A DNA stretch of 64,000 nucleotides, from assembly GCA_963720465.1 (NCBI GenBank), contig OY970393.1, positions 192,001-256,000 on the forward strand, read 5' to 3'. Positions 29,653 to 39,280 of the stretch are shown one piece after another (position 1 is the stretch's first letter; every line of letters starts with the position of its first letter). Source of the stretch: Methanobacteriota archaeon. GTDB taxonomy: Archaea; Halobacteriota; Bog-38; Methanoflorentales; Methanoflorentaceae. The notes beneath the pieces are model-generated. The model did not search any database, was not told the DNA's origin, and worked only from the letters and a program-made list of their open reading frames with translations. Position numbers and translations under genes: made by a program.

Positions 29653-30318
29653 ATGAAGTTTGATCTGCACATTCATTCACACTTTTCTCCTGACTCAAAC
29701 AGCTCAGTGGAAGCGATACTTAAGCAGGCACAAGAAGCGGGTCTGGACGGACTCGCGATTACTGATCACGATTCTGTGCAATCTTTCTTTGATGCAGCGA
29801 GGCTTACGGAAGATCTAGGACTGAATCTAATCATACTACCGGGCGCTGAGATCTCAACAGCGGAGGGCCATTTGATAACGCTCGGAAATCACACTCTTGT
29901 GCCCCCCGGTCTATCTGCTTCTGAAACCATCAAATGCGCTCACGGCGGCGGCGGCATCGTCGTGGCGCCGCATCCGTTCGAATTGTTCAGAAATGGCATT
30001 CGGAGTTTGCGCAACAAGAGGATAGACGCTGTCGAAGCGTTTAATTCAAGGGACCTTCTTGGAGTCTCAAATTATCTCGCGACTCGTTCAGCTGCCCGGC
30101 TGAACCTTGGGGTCACCGGCGGAAGTGATTCTCACTACGTGGAGACGGTCGGTTTTGGGTACACTGAAGTAGATACTGCGAGCGGCGTCACTGTGCAGGA
30201 CATACTACGCGCCATACAGGCCGGTAGATCTAAAGCCGGGGGCCACGTGTCGCCTCGTCTCCGGTCAACAAGTTATTCACTTAAGGCGCGGGTCTTGAAT
30301 CATAGGAATAGCCGCTAA
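29653..30318 (+). CDS. PHP-domain metal-dependent phosphoesterase
   Basis: DLHIHS..S.DS, AITDHD, G.EIST..GH, PHPF, GGSDSH. Confidence 0.92.
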   Translation: MKFDLHIHSHFSPDSNSSVEAILKQAQEAGLDGLAITDHDSVQSFFDAARLTEDLGLNLIILPGAEISTAEGHLITLGNHTLVPPGLSASETIKCAHGGGGIVVAPHPFELFRNGIRSLRNKRIDAVEAFNSRDLLGVSNYLATRSAARLNLGVTGGSDSHYVETVGFGYTEVDTASGVTVQDILRAIQAGRSKAGGHVSPRLRSTSYSLKARVLNHRNSR

Positions 30319-30366
30319 ATTACCCTTAACAACATCAAACTGGGCGTCTCAGTTCGGACGTGCGGA

Positions 30367-31071
30367 TCAGATGATCGTCAAAAGTGCCTCTTCAAGCTGG
30401 TGCGGGCTGTCGAGAATCGTGATTCCTTCCGAATCTCTTAGGGTTTGGACGTTGTGTTTGTCAATGTCGCGGACGACGAGGTTCACTGTCCCCTCTTGGA
30501 TCGCGCCATAATCACAAACGTCTTTGCACAAGCCGCAGCCATCGCATTTTAGGTAGTCGATTTGCTCGTCAATCGCATCGTTTGGGCAAGCTTGAGCGCA
30601 TTCTCGGCATCCAGTGCAGAGATCTCTATTTATGAAGTAAGGCACAGGACTTTTAACGCTGCCTACAATATCGACAGGAACGATGAAAACCAGAACCCCG
30701 CCTTTCACGGCGTGCGCGACCGCATTAGTAACAAGTGTATCTGCAATGCCGTGGGCTATTTTGGCTATCGTATTGGACGTAGTCGGGGACACAAACAATG
30801 CGTCATAGATGCCGCGCGAGAAGCGCCCAGTCTTTGGATAGCTCCATCCTTGTTCGCGTTCGAGTATGACCTCCTCCATGTACCCTCCAGGAGAAACTCG
30901 ATCCAATTGTTGAAAAAGGCCGTATACCCGTGCAACCTCCTCTGCAGCCCGCGAGACAAATGAAGTCACAGCGACGCGGTCGCCGTAGACTTCCTTTGCT
31001 CTCACGAACAAATCAAACGTTTCCCGTAAATGATGCCCAGCTCCCGTAATGCCCCACGCGATTCTTACCAT
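30367..31071 (-). CDS. dmrX: Dihydromethanopterin reductase (acceptor), Fe-S flavoprotein
   Basis: RIAWGITGAGH, SP.TSNT.AKIAHGIADTLVTNA, two CxxCxxCxxxC ferredoxin motifs; start ATG 31071. Confidence 0.85.
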   Translation of the reverse strand: MVRIAWGITGAGHHLRETFDLFVRAKEVYGDRVAVTSFVSRAAEEVARVYGLFQQLDRVSPGGYMEEVILEREQGWSYPKTGRFSRGIYDALFVSPTTSNTIAKIAHGIADTLVTNAVAHAVKGGVLVFIVPVDIVGSVKSPVPYFINRDLCTGCRECAQACPNDAIDEQIDYLKCDGCGLCKDVCDYGAIQEGTVNLVVRDIDKHNVQTLRDSEGITILDSPHQLEEALLTII

Positions 31072-31093
31072 AGCCTCTCCACCTGTTCTGATC

Positions 31094-31675
31094 TTAATCC
31101 TGCGGTTTGGATGTGCGCGTGTGGCCAAGATATTTTTTTAGAAGCTCGAATGCTTCAAGCTCGCGCCTTCCACCGCACTTTCTAACGATGCCCTCGCAGT
31201 GAGTCATTCGCTCGAGGTAAGCTGGGTCTTCAAGGGTCTGATAACGTGTTGCGTGAATCGTTGCTTCAAGCACAGCGCAAAATGCTCTGTTCACAGGTAT
31301 TATCGGTCTCTGCAGGACGACAGATCTCACAGGCTTAAGCTCTACTATGGCGCTTTTTTGAGTCGGTTTTTCCAAAATCGAACATGCAAATTCTACCCAT
31401 GCGTACGCTGCCTTTAGGACTGGCGCTTTCTCATCGGGGAAAAAAAAATCGAGGTCGAGATCCTCAAAGGCGGTTTTTACGTAAAGCAACGGATCCGCAA
31501 CAAAGTTGGCAACTAGCTGACGATTTTTCTTAACGTTCAAAAAGGTGTGGCTGTCTTTGTAAACGACAATGTAGAGGGAGCCGCGATTTATGACGCCCAT
31601 AGGTGCGGCGTTGGGCTGGCCATTGCGCGTCGTTGCTATGACTTCTGAGATGCCTTCGTAAAATTGCACATCCAT
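31094..31675 (-). CDS. DUF447 family protein
   Basis: EGISEVIATT, PNAAPMG, SHT..N, NRA..AVLEA.IHATR, KCGG. Confidence 0.85.
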   Translation of the reverse strand: MDVQFYEGISEVIATTRNGQPNAAPMGVINRGSLYIVVYKDSHTFLNVKKNRQLVANFVADPLLYVKTAFEDLDLDFFFPDEKAPVLKAAYAWVEFACSILEKPTQKSAIVELKPVRSVVLQRPIIPVNRAFCAVLEATIHATRYQTLEDPAYLERMTHCEGIVRKCGGRRELEAFELLKKYLGHTRTSKPQD

Positions 31676-32523
31676 CAGTACCGGAAGCCTCCTAAGAGCA
31701 CGACAAATAATGATCCAATCACGAGATCGGCTGTCGTTCCGGGGTTGACGTGCCGCGCGACGAGCTCGTTGTCGAACTCATCAGCGTCGCCCTCTTTCAG
31801 TATGTGGGCTGCTTTTGCCGAAACTTCAAGGGCTAAATCAGTGCTGAATTTTTTCGCTATGAGTGTATCGGGGAACTCACTGAGGAGTCGAAGAAATAAG
31901 TGCACAATTGAATTCTTAACACTGAGTCCCGATTCAACATAGTGTGTCACCAACTCGGCGCCGTAAAAAGTGCGGGGAAACCCTTCAATCCACTCCTTTG
32001 CTATGGTGTCGTTTGGGCTCGATATTTGCATGACATCCCACAGCGTCAAATTTTGTTGCTTAATTGCTTGCAATGAGGACGCGTCATTCACGTCAAGATA
32101 ATGATGTTCCCCGACGCGGACGTGCACGCTCCGAAAAGATTCATAGAACTGGATCGCGTCCGCGCTCGAAGTGCCCTTGACAACGCGGACCAAGTTAGTC
32201 TTGAGTTGAGATATTGTGCTGCTTTTCCGTGCCGCAGCACATAAAGGGATCAGCAGCAGGATCGCGCCAAAGTGGCAGTTCCCAGCGCTCTGCCAAGTGG
32301 CACTCGCTTGAACCGCATCGAGAATCAGACCGCCTATCCGATGCTGCGCTGACGCTGCTTTTTTGAAGACAGGAAAAATGCCAACCGCAGATGCAAGAAA
32401 ATGTTCGTAAGTTACATCTTCAAAGTCGTGCGTTCGGTCTACATTGCCCGGCTTTGGTGTCGCGGACACTTCGAGCAACATTGCTAGCTCGGCACAACCT
32501 GCTATGAAATCTGGGTCGTACAT
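31675..32523 (-). CDS. Triphosphoribosyl-dephospho-CoA synthase-like (CitG family)
   Basis: LEVSA.PKPGNVDR.HDF, N.HFG..LL..PL, PDTLI..K, NPGTTADL; start ATG 32523. Confidence 0.88.
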   Translation of the reverse strand: MYDPDFIAGCAELAMLLEVSATPKPGNVDRTHDFEDVTYEHFLASAVGIFPVFKKAASAQHRIGGLILDAVQASATWQSAGNCHFGAILLLIPLCAAARKSSTISQLKTNLVRVVKGTSSADAIQFYESFRSVHVRVGEHHYLDVNDASSLQAIKQQNLTLWDVMQISSPNDTIAKEWIEGFPRTFYGAELVTHYVESGLSVKNSIVHLFLRLLSEFPDTLIAKKFSTDLALEVSAKAAHILKEGDADEFDNELVARHVNPGTTADLVIGSLFVVLLGGFRY

Positions 32524-32533
32524 GTTGAAGAGC

Positions 32534-33640
32534 TCAGTCAAGGTCTCGACAGCTGAGAAATTTCTCTGCAAGTTGCTTTTTGAGTTGCATGTACTCAACG
32601 TCGGAAATGCCTAGGTCTTGTAGAGAGCCGTCTCTCCAAGGGCAAGGCCTGGTAATTTTGCAGCACCATACCATGCTCCCGAAGCACGTATCTGGTCCCG
32701 CCCCTAGCTTTGTGTTGTTGAAGCTCTCTTTGATTTGGACGTACTCTTCTTGGGAGATGCCCGCCCGTTTCAGAACATAGCGCAATGGACACTCCTTTAC
32801 GGGCATGCAACAGTACGCTAACCCCCGCAAGTCCCCTCCAGCGCAAATGTGTTTTGGGGCATTGTACCAACCAACAGCTTCTTGAAATGACTGAACTTCA
32901 GTCAGGATTTCTTCAACAGCGGTGTTGTCGGCTACAGCGGCACGGGCGACTGAGACGTAATCCGCTCCCATCGAGAACATTTTGTGGGCGCTGCTATAGT
33001 CCACGATCGAATTGTTTGCGATGATTTTGAGCGCCGTAACATCCCTAATTTTCTTAATCAACGCCGGCCCGGAATCCATCGTGTCGATATGAATCGCGTC
33101 AGCGCCAGCCTTGTCCATAGCCTTTGCGAGCTCTATGTCTCCAACAACGCCTGCGCGTACCTTCACCGACAGGGGCACGTCTGTTTGTTTGATCTCCCGT
33201 ATCCATTCGCTGAGCGTGTTGAGATCGTACGTGAGACACTGGCCCGCGCCAACAGCTTGCATTTCAGGCTGCCTGCAGTGGGCATTTAATTCGAGAATTG
33301 CCCCTTTTTTATGAATCAACTCCGCGATTGCGATCAGGGGCTCCAGCGTAGTTGACCGAGCATTGATTCCGGCTTTTATGTCGATCGTGTTCATGACTCC
33401 GAGCTCATTTTCGATAACAGGTGTCGGTTCGTCGTAAGCAAATTCACTTCGCCCCTTTTTGACGAGCTCTTTTGCCGCTTCGATGGTTGGCGCGTCAAGG
33501 TTGTATCCACCGAGAATTGCTAGTCCAACGCTCCGCGAGGTAGCAAACGAGCTGTTAGTTAGTCCAGCCATGGAAGCGAGAACTAATGGATTGGGGATCC
33601 GGATATCGCCTATCGTCAGTTGAAAGACTTCTTGAGCCAC
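32534..33640 (-). CDS. Dus-like TIM-barrel (MJ0144 family) fused to a methanogenesis marker 9 Cys-rich domain
   Basis: LASMAG, ELNAHCRQPEM...G.G, SVKVRA, IANNS; C-terminal WYNAPKHIC.GGDLRGLAYCC.P.K.CP...TCFGS.VWCCK...PC..RD; GTG 33640 after GAGGT. Confidence 0.85.
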   Translation of the reverse strand: MAQEVFQLTIGDIRIPNPLVLASMAGLTNSSFATSRSVGLAILGGYNLDAPTIEAAKELVKKGRSEFAYDEPTPVIENELGVMNTIDIKAGINARSTTLEPLIAIAELIHKKGAILELNAHCRQPEMQAVGAGQCLTYDLNTLSEWIREIKQTDVPLSVKVRAGVVGDIELAKAMDKAGADAIHIDTMDSGPALIKKIRDVTALKIIANNSIVDYSSAHKMFSMGADYVSVARAAVADNTAVEEILTEVQSFQEAVGWYNAPKHICAGGDLRGLAYCCMPVKECPLRYVLKRAGISQEEYVQIKESFNNTKLGAGPDTCFGSMVWCCKITRPCPWRDGSLQDLGISDVEYMQLKKQLAEKFLSCRDLD

Positions 33641-33775
33641 GATGAAACCTCTATACGTATCCATACTCACTTGCTACCTTGAAAAGGGCAAGCAGTAAAG
33701 CAGACGCTCAATATTGTAATTTGCTGCTATTTAGTTTTATTTTGCAGACGCCGACTCCGCTGTTCCCATATATCC

Positions 33776-34684
33776 TTAAGTTTGGTGTGCAAGTATGCGC
33801 ACGATCTCTGTCGCCAGCTTTTTGCTTTGCTCTATGCCGTACATAATCGTATCCGCGTGGAACAGTTCGATATCGCCCGGCAAATCGCTTTGAGAAATGT
33901 CGTCGCCATGGTCAACGATTAAGGCATCCAAGAAGTCGCTGTAGAACTCCGCAACCCCTAAGGAGCTGACCGGAAGCTCACGGGATTCCATGAACTTTCC
34001 CGCAGGTCCGCTAATCGGCTCGTTCCGTATTATTGGACTAACAGCAATGACAAATCGGTCTTTAAGGATTTTTCGCATTCCGTTTACGTTAAGAATAGGT
34101 CCTATGCTGGATATCGGATTTGAAGGCCCAATCACGACGGAACGACATTGTTCGAGCGCTGTTTCTACGTCTTTGGTCATTTTGCTGGGCCGGCATCTAA
34201 CGTGCAAGACGCTCGGGGCTTGCTGATATTTTACCAGAAAATCTTGGATATGCATCTCGCCTTTGTCTGTTACGATTGTTGTAGGCACGAAGTCGTCCGT
34301 CATCGGGAGGATCTTGGCAGATAATTGGAACGAAGCGCATATCGTATGGGTTGTATCAGTTAGCGTCGCCCCTCGTCGTAGAAGGTCGCTTCGGAAAATA
34401 TGAATAGCTCGATCAAGCTCGCCTATGATGAGCGGTTCTTTGTATCCTAAGCTTGCCAGTCTTTCGTGGGTACAGAAAGTATCCCCGTTGATACCCCACC
34501 ACCGTTCACTCACAATTCCCGCTGTGGTGTAGATAACCGTGTCAAGGTCCGGGCAAACAAGATTACCCGAGATCCAAATGTCATCTCCGGTATTAGCAAT
34601 GACGGTTACTTGAGCGCCAGAACAATAAAGAAGCAGCCCGCCAAGCAGTTTAGGGCTACCGGTTCCGCCAGATAAGAGTAGCAA
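33776..34684 (-). CDS. cofD: 2-phospho-L-lactate transferase (F420 biosynthesis)
   Basis: LSGGTG.PKLL.G, NTGDD.W.SG..VCPDLDTV, DRAIH, IGPSNP.SSIGPIL, SGPAGKFM. Confidence 0.93.
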   Translation of the reverse strand: MLLLSGGTGSPKLLGGLLLYCSGAQVTVIANTGDDIWISGNLVCPDLDTVIYTTAGIVSERWWGINGDTFCTHERLASLGYKEPLIIGELDRAIHIFRSDLLRRGATLTDTTHTICASFQLSAKILPMTDDFVPTTIVTDKGEMHIQDFLVKYQQAPSVLHVRCRPSKMTKDVETALEQCRSVVIGPSNPISSIGPILNVNGMRKILKDRFVIAVSPIIRNEPISGPAGKFMESRELPVSSLGVAEFYSDFLDALIVDHGDDISQSDLPGDIELFHADTIMYGIEQSKKLATEIVRILAHQT

Positions 34685-35000
34685 TGTTCTTCCCCGGCGT
34701 TCCAGTGAGCTTTTCTAGAATAAATGGCTATGTCACGCACAACTAGAACTGCGTTTGTCGGCGACTTGAAAAGGCGCGTAAAGAATGGAGCCCTTGTCTC
34801 ACTGCGTGCCGATTGGCAGCAAGATTCTTTCAATTGTTAGGCATATTAATGGGGATCTCAACAGTCGCGCCGCGCAGGCGTCAAACCCAAAAGCCTTAAG
34901 ACGGTGAGCACGTAGAATTAGAGGTGTTGTGGCCGTAGCCACCTGACGGTCGCTTCGCTTAAGCTTTGATTTGCCAGAAACTGTGAGCGGGAGTGGATAT

Positions 35001-35354
35001 TTGTCTCGTGGTCACGTTGTTTTGACGAGTAACGCGGGCCCAGCAGATTTGAGGGTCGACGCAACTCGAATGGGAAAAGACTTACTCGTCACGTTGGTGG
35101 GGGGAAAAGCGCATGTGGGTGCCGTTGCGCTTGGCGGATTTCACAGGAGGTCTTATGCTTCGGTGCTAACTGTTCCCAATCATCGGGATGATATTATCGC
35201 TAAGGAAGCGGCTTTGCGAATTTCGAAAGAATTGCGCCAGAGCTGCGTCGTGGTTGTCGGGATTCACGTTCACGACGTATCTAAAGGGCAAGTCGCAGAA
35301 ATTGTTGATGCATCATTTTCGCTTGTTAATGAACTTATCGAGGCTCTTAAATGA
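35001..35354 (+). CDS. LpdD-like / PAC4-like putative prenyl-FMN chaperone
   Basis: G.DL.V...GG..HVGAVA, HRD..IA..AA, VVVVGIH; overlaps ubiX start; TTG 35001 after GGAG. Confidence 0.65.
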   Translation: MSRGHVVLTSNAGPADLRVDATRMGKDLLVTLVGGKAHVGAVALGGFHRRSYASVLTVPNHRDDIIAKEAALRISKELRQSCVVVVGIHVHDVSKGQVAEIVDASFSLVNELIEALK

Positions 35355-35905
35355 CAATTATAGTTGCCATTACCGGCGCAAGCGGCGTGCAGTACGGTGT
35401 TCGGTTGCTCGAGACGCTGAATCAGCTCGGCGTCGACACGCAGCTCGTTGTGACCAAAAGTGGCCAGGAGCTTATAGGCATTGAGACTGATTACAGCTTG
35501 AACTACGTCACGTCGCTAGTCAACCGCACGTACGACGAAATGGACCTCGCCGCGCCTATTGCAAGCGGTTCCCACATTAGTAACGGCATGGTAATAATTC
35601 CGTGCAGCGTGAAGACGCTTGGAAGTATCGCACACGGCATTTCTTCAAACCTTGTAACGCGCGCCGCAGATGTATGTTTAAAGGAACATAGGAAGCTCAT
35701 ATTGGTTGTGCGCGAAACCCCGTTGAACGGGATTCATTTGAGCAACATGCTGAAATTATCGCAGTGCGGAGCTGTCATAGTTCCCGCTAGTCCTGGGTTT
35801 TACACGCGTCCGACTACGATCGAAGAGCTCATTGACGCTCTGGTTGCCCGGGTGCTCGACCTGTTGCAGCTTGACCATTCGGTGTCGCGACGCTGGGGCG
35901 ACTAA
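35351..35905 (+). CDS. ubiX: Flavin prenyltransferase UbiX
   Basis: VAITGASG, APIASGS, PCSVKTL, RAADV.LKE.RKL....RETP, PASPGFY. Confidence 0.95.
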   Translation: MTIIVAITGASGVQYGVRLLETLNQLGVDTQLVVTKSGQELIGIETDYSLNYVTSLVNRTYDEMDLAAPIASGSHISNGMVIIPCSVKTLGSIAHGISSNLVTRAADVCLKEHRKLILVVRETPLNGIHLSNMLKLSQCGAVIVPASPGFYTRPTTIEELIDALVARVLDLLQLDHSVSRRWGD

Positions 35906-37144
35906 ATGAGACACTTCATTCACCATCTAAAGGACTCAGGACAACTAGAAGTCGTAACTAAGCCCGTTTCGCCGATATTGCAAGCACCGCGCCTAGCCCG
36001 AGGACGGGGACCGGTACTGTTCGAACGTATTGACGGCTCTCAAGCCATCGTAAACCTTTTGGCTTCGCGTGCGCTGCTGGCCCAAGCGCTCAACGTCGAC
36101 GAACGAGGGCTTATTCGTAAGCTTTTAAGCACGGCGGCAACGGGAAAAACGGTGCTACAAGACCTTGCGTGGGACGTAGAATGCACTCCTGATCTGAGCA
36201 AGTTGCCTGTAATGAAGTTTTTCGAGCGAGATGGTGGACCCTACATCACCGCAGGCGTCGTGGTGGCAAAATATGGTCACAGAATAAACGCGTCAGTTCA
36301 TCGCATGATGGTTGTCGACAAAACGTCGTTAGCTGTGAGGCTCGTGCCCCCGCGCCACACGTATCTGATGCACAAAGCATCTGTAAAAAAAGCCGAGCCG
36401 TTGAACATCGCCATTGCCATAGGCGTCGATCCTGTCACGCTATTCGCAACAACAACGAGACTCCCGTGTGGTCTCGAATTCAACTATGCGGCCGCCCTGA
36501 AGGGAAAGGCTCAGACCCTCATTGAATGTGAAAATGGGATCCCTGTCCCGCCAAGCGAAATAGTCTTGGAGGGACAAATAAGCCCAACAAGAACTACAAA
36601 TGAAGGTCCTTTTGTGGATCTCACGGGCACTTATGACGTCGTTCGACCTGAACCAGTTATCGAAGTAACGAGAATGGTGTCGGCTAGAGACCCCATCTAC
36701 CACTCGATATTGCCAGCGGGTGTCGAACACTCGCTTTTGATGGGTATTCCGTACGAACCGCAGATCTACAACGCGTGCAAAAACGTAACAAAAGTGAAGA
36801 ATGTAGTCTTGACTGCAGGAGGGCGTCACTATCTGCACGCTGTTATACAGATAGAGAAACAGACCGAGGGGGACGCAAAAAATGTGATCATGGCAGCGTT
36901 TGCGGCTCACACGAGTTTGAAACACGTTGTAGTGGTCGATGAGGACATTGATATCTACGACGCTGATGATATAGAATTTGCAATCGCCACGCGCGTTAAA
37001 GGCGATTTAGATGTTATAGTCATCCCAAACGTGCGCGGATCGTCCCTCGACCCGCGTAGTGGAAGCGACGGCACGACAACGAAAGTCGGCGTCGACGCTA
37101 CCGCACCGCTGGTCGATCACTGGAAGTTTGAGAGGGTCCATTAA
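35906..37144 (+). CDS. UbiD-family prFMN decarboxylase (probable anhydromevalonate phosphate decarboxylase)
   Basis: DGGPYITAG, NAS.HR, EIVLEG, EGPFVD.TGTYD, H.SLKHVVVVDEDID, SSLDP. Confidence 0.88.
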   Translation: MRHFIHHLKDSGQLEVVTKPVSPILQAPRLARGRGPVLFERIDGSQAIVNLLASRALLAQALNVDERGLIRKLLSTAATGKTVLQDLAWDVECTPDLSKLPVMKFFERDGGPYITAGVVVAKYGHRINASVHRMMVVDKTSLAVRLVPPRHTYLMHKASVKKAEPLNIAIAIGVDPVTLFATTTRLPCGLEFNYAAALKGKAQTLIECENGIPVPPSEIVLEGQISPTRTTNEGPFVDLTGTYDVVRPEPVIEVTRMVSARDPIYHSILPAGVEHSLLMGIPYEPQIYNACKNVTKVKNVVLTAGGRHYLHAVIQIEKQTEGDAKNVIMAAFAAHTSLKHVVVVDEDIDIYDADDIEFAIATRVKGDLDVIVIPNVRGSSLDPRSGSDGTTTKVGVDATAPLVDHWKFERVH

Positions 37145-37254
37145 CACGCGTTTGTCCGGATTTCGCTCGGTGTTTATGGACGCACCGCACGAATGCACGA
37201 GCAAATTGCGCAGCTTATGAAAAACCTTATAATTTACAAAACTTAGTCCTACGT

Positions 37255-38430
37255 GTGCGAACGAGGCTCGCTCTTGAAGGCCACACTCCTGTTTTGGTGC
37301 CGCGTTTGGATCCAAACGCGTCGTACCCTCCATCATCGGCACCGGTCTTCTACAACCCACGAATGGAGTTAAGTCGAGACATAAACGTTGCTTGTATACA
37401 GGTTCTTGACAATAATCAACGCGACAACAGGGGGCTCACGTATCTAGATGCGCTCGCGGGTTGTGGCATACGGGGTCTCAGAGTTGCGAACGAGGCGCAG
37501 GTCGAGGTCACTGTCAACGATTATGACCTCGCAGCATATGAGTTGATCAAGAGGAACGCGAAAAGATTGCAGCTGAACGTCCACGTGGAGCACCGTGATG
37601 CGAATGCTTTGATGTCTGAAGCGAGGTTCAACGTAATCGACCTCGATCCGTTCGGATCTCCAGCCCCTTTTGTTGACGCAGCGTGCAGGTCAGCCACGAA
37701 GATGCTTTGTGTGACTGCGACGGACACTGCCCCTCTCAGCGGTGCTCATTTTAATGCCGGCGTGAGGAGGTATTCTGCACTGCCTATGAACACAGAGTAT
37801 CACGCTGAGACAGGGATAAGAATACTCATCGGCACAATTATTCGAGAGCTTGTCAAATATGATAAATCTGCCACTCCTGTCCTTGCGCACGCAACCGAAC
37901 ACTACTATCGGGTTTATTTGCTTCTCGATCGCGGCGCCGAGCTCGCCAATACATGTGTCAGGTCGATGGGATTCATAGCCCACTGTTTTACGTGCGGACA
38001 TCGCTATGTGCTCCCAGGGCTGTTTCCTATGCTGCGCCCTGACTGTGCGTTTTGCGGCGCACCACTTGCCGTGGCTGGGCCTCTCTGGCTCGGGACTCTG
38101 CGTGATCAAAAATTCTGCCAGCTAGTTCTTGAAAACATTGAGAACGGTGTTTTTGGCACCAAGAGGCGCGCCGCAAAAATCATAACACTGTGTCTAAATG
38201 AGCTTGACACGGTAACGTTTTTTGATTACCACAAGCTCCTGAGAGAACTCAAGCGTCCACCGGTTCCTATTGAAGCACTCGTAAGCGGACTGCGCGCCGT
38301 CGGTTGTCGCGCATCGAGAACTCATTTTTCAGGCACGTCGATTAAGACGGACGCTGACGCAGCCACGTTGAAGGGGGTGCTGCTCGATTTGAGCTGCGAG
38401 AGCGAGAAAGCCCGACTTAATCACGGTTGA
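37255..38430 (+). CDS. trm1: tRNA (guanine26-N2)-dimethyltransferase
   Basis: PVFYNPRM..SRD, GIRGLR, IDLDPFGSP, VTATDTAPL, E.GIRIL, GPLWLG, SRTHF; GAAAAACCTTATAA promoter about 25 nt upstream (leaderless). Confidence 0.95.
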   Translation: MRTRLALEGHTPVLVPRLDPNASYPPSSAPVFYNPRMELSRDINVACIQVLDNNQRDNRGLTYLDALAGCGIRGLRVANEAQVEVTVNDYDLAAYELIKRNAKRLQLNVHVEHRDANALMSEARFNVIDLDPFGSPAPFVDAACRSATKMLCVTATDTAPLSGAHFNAGVRRYSALPMNTEYHAETGIRILIGTIIRELVKYDKSATPVLAHATEHYYRVYLLLDRGAELANTCVRSMGFIAHCFTCGHRYVLPGLFPMLRPDCAFCGAPLAVAGPLWLGTLRDQKFCQLVLENIENGVFGTKRRAAKIITLCLNELDTVTFFDYHKLLRELKRPPVPIEALVSGLRAVGCRASRTHFSGTSIKTDADAATLKGVLLDLSCESEKARLNHG

Positions 38431-38518
38431 GGACGGAATCGTAACGGTCTGCTTGAAAACAACGGCGAACACAGGAGAACTGAAAAGTCTTTGTTGAGCG
38501 TGACCAGTATGCCATCAG

Positions 38519-39139
38519 TCACATTCCCAAAGTCTTGCGGATGACTTGGGTAAAGACGAGTGAGCACACCAGGTACCAAACAAGCCAAACAGGAAAAGTC
38601 AAAATGACGCCTTGAGTGTACGCGAGTGCTCCAAAATGGGGAAAAGTCATCGTAGTTGGCACGCTGGTCGGCCATGAACCTACGTTCGCCATTGTGTAAC
38701 TCAGCCAGCCGAACAGTGGTAGCGAGATGATCAGTATGTATGGCATAGGTCTCATGGTCTGGGCTTGAACGTCCATGCTGAGCTCCATCACTTCGGCACG
38801 TTCCTTTTCGAGCTTTTTCAGTTTGCCTTGGTCTCCGGCCAGTTGGGCCTCACGGTAGACCTTCTGAAATTCCCTCATCTTTGCTTGAGACTGTTTTACC
38901 TGGTCTTGATCTACGAAGCGGTTCAGCAGCAGAGAAGAGTAAGAGCCCGTGATAACCGACAGCAAGAGGATGGTAATAAAGAGAGGAACGTGGAGGGTGG
39001 TGACCAAGCCCCCAAGGACATAGTTCATGGCTTGACCAACGGGATTTCGCAGAAAAGCATAGGCTATGGTCATCACCAAATAAACGAGCAAGAGCCTCGT
39101 CATCACGCTAGTCGTACTTTGTTGTGCCATTACTCGCAA
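38519..39139 (-). CDS. DUF106 / EMC3-TMCO1 (Oxa1 superfamily) membrane insertase-like protein
   Basis: TM1, coiled coil (QAKMREFQK..REA), RPM......SLPLFGW, WLVWYLVCS....QVIRK.LG. Confidence 0.85.
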   Translation of the reverse strand: MRVMAQQSTTSVMTRLLLVYLVMTIAYAFLRNPVGQAMNYVLGGLVTTLHVPLFITILLLSVITGSYSSLLLNRFVDQDQVKQSQAKMREFQKVYREAQLAGDQGKLKKLEKERAEVMELSMDVQAQTMRPMPYILIISLPLFGWLSYTMANVGSWPTSVPTTMTFPHFGALAYTQGVILTFPVWLVWYLVCSLVFTQVIRKTLGM

Positions 39140-39280
39140 ACATCAATGCGCCGTTCGGAAAAGAACCTTTTTTGGGTTTGTAGCTGCAGATACAACGAGT
39201 AGTTTCCGATACGTGAATAAATAGTTTTACGTTGACAATTTGTGGCTCGACCCGCGACTTTAGCACAGGTTGTCCAATCT

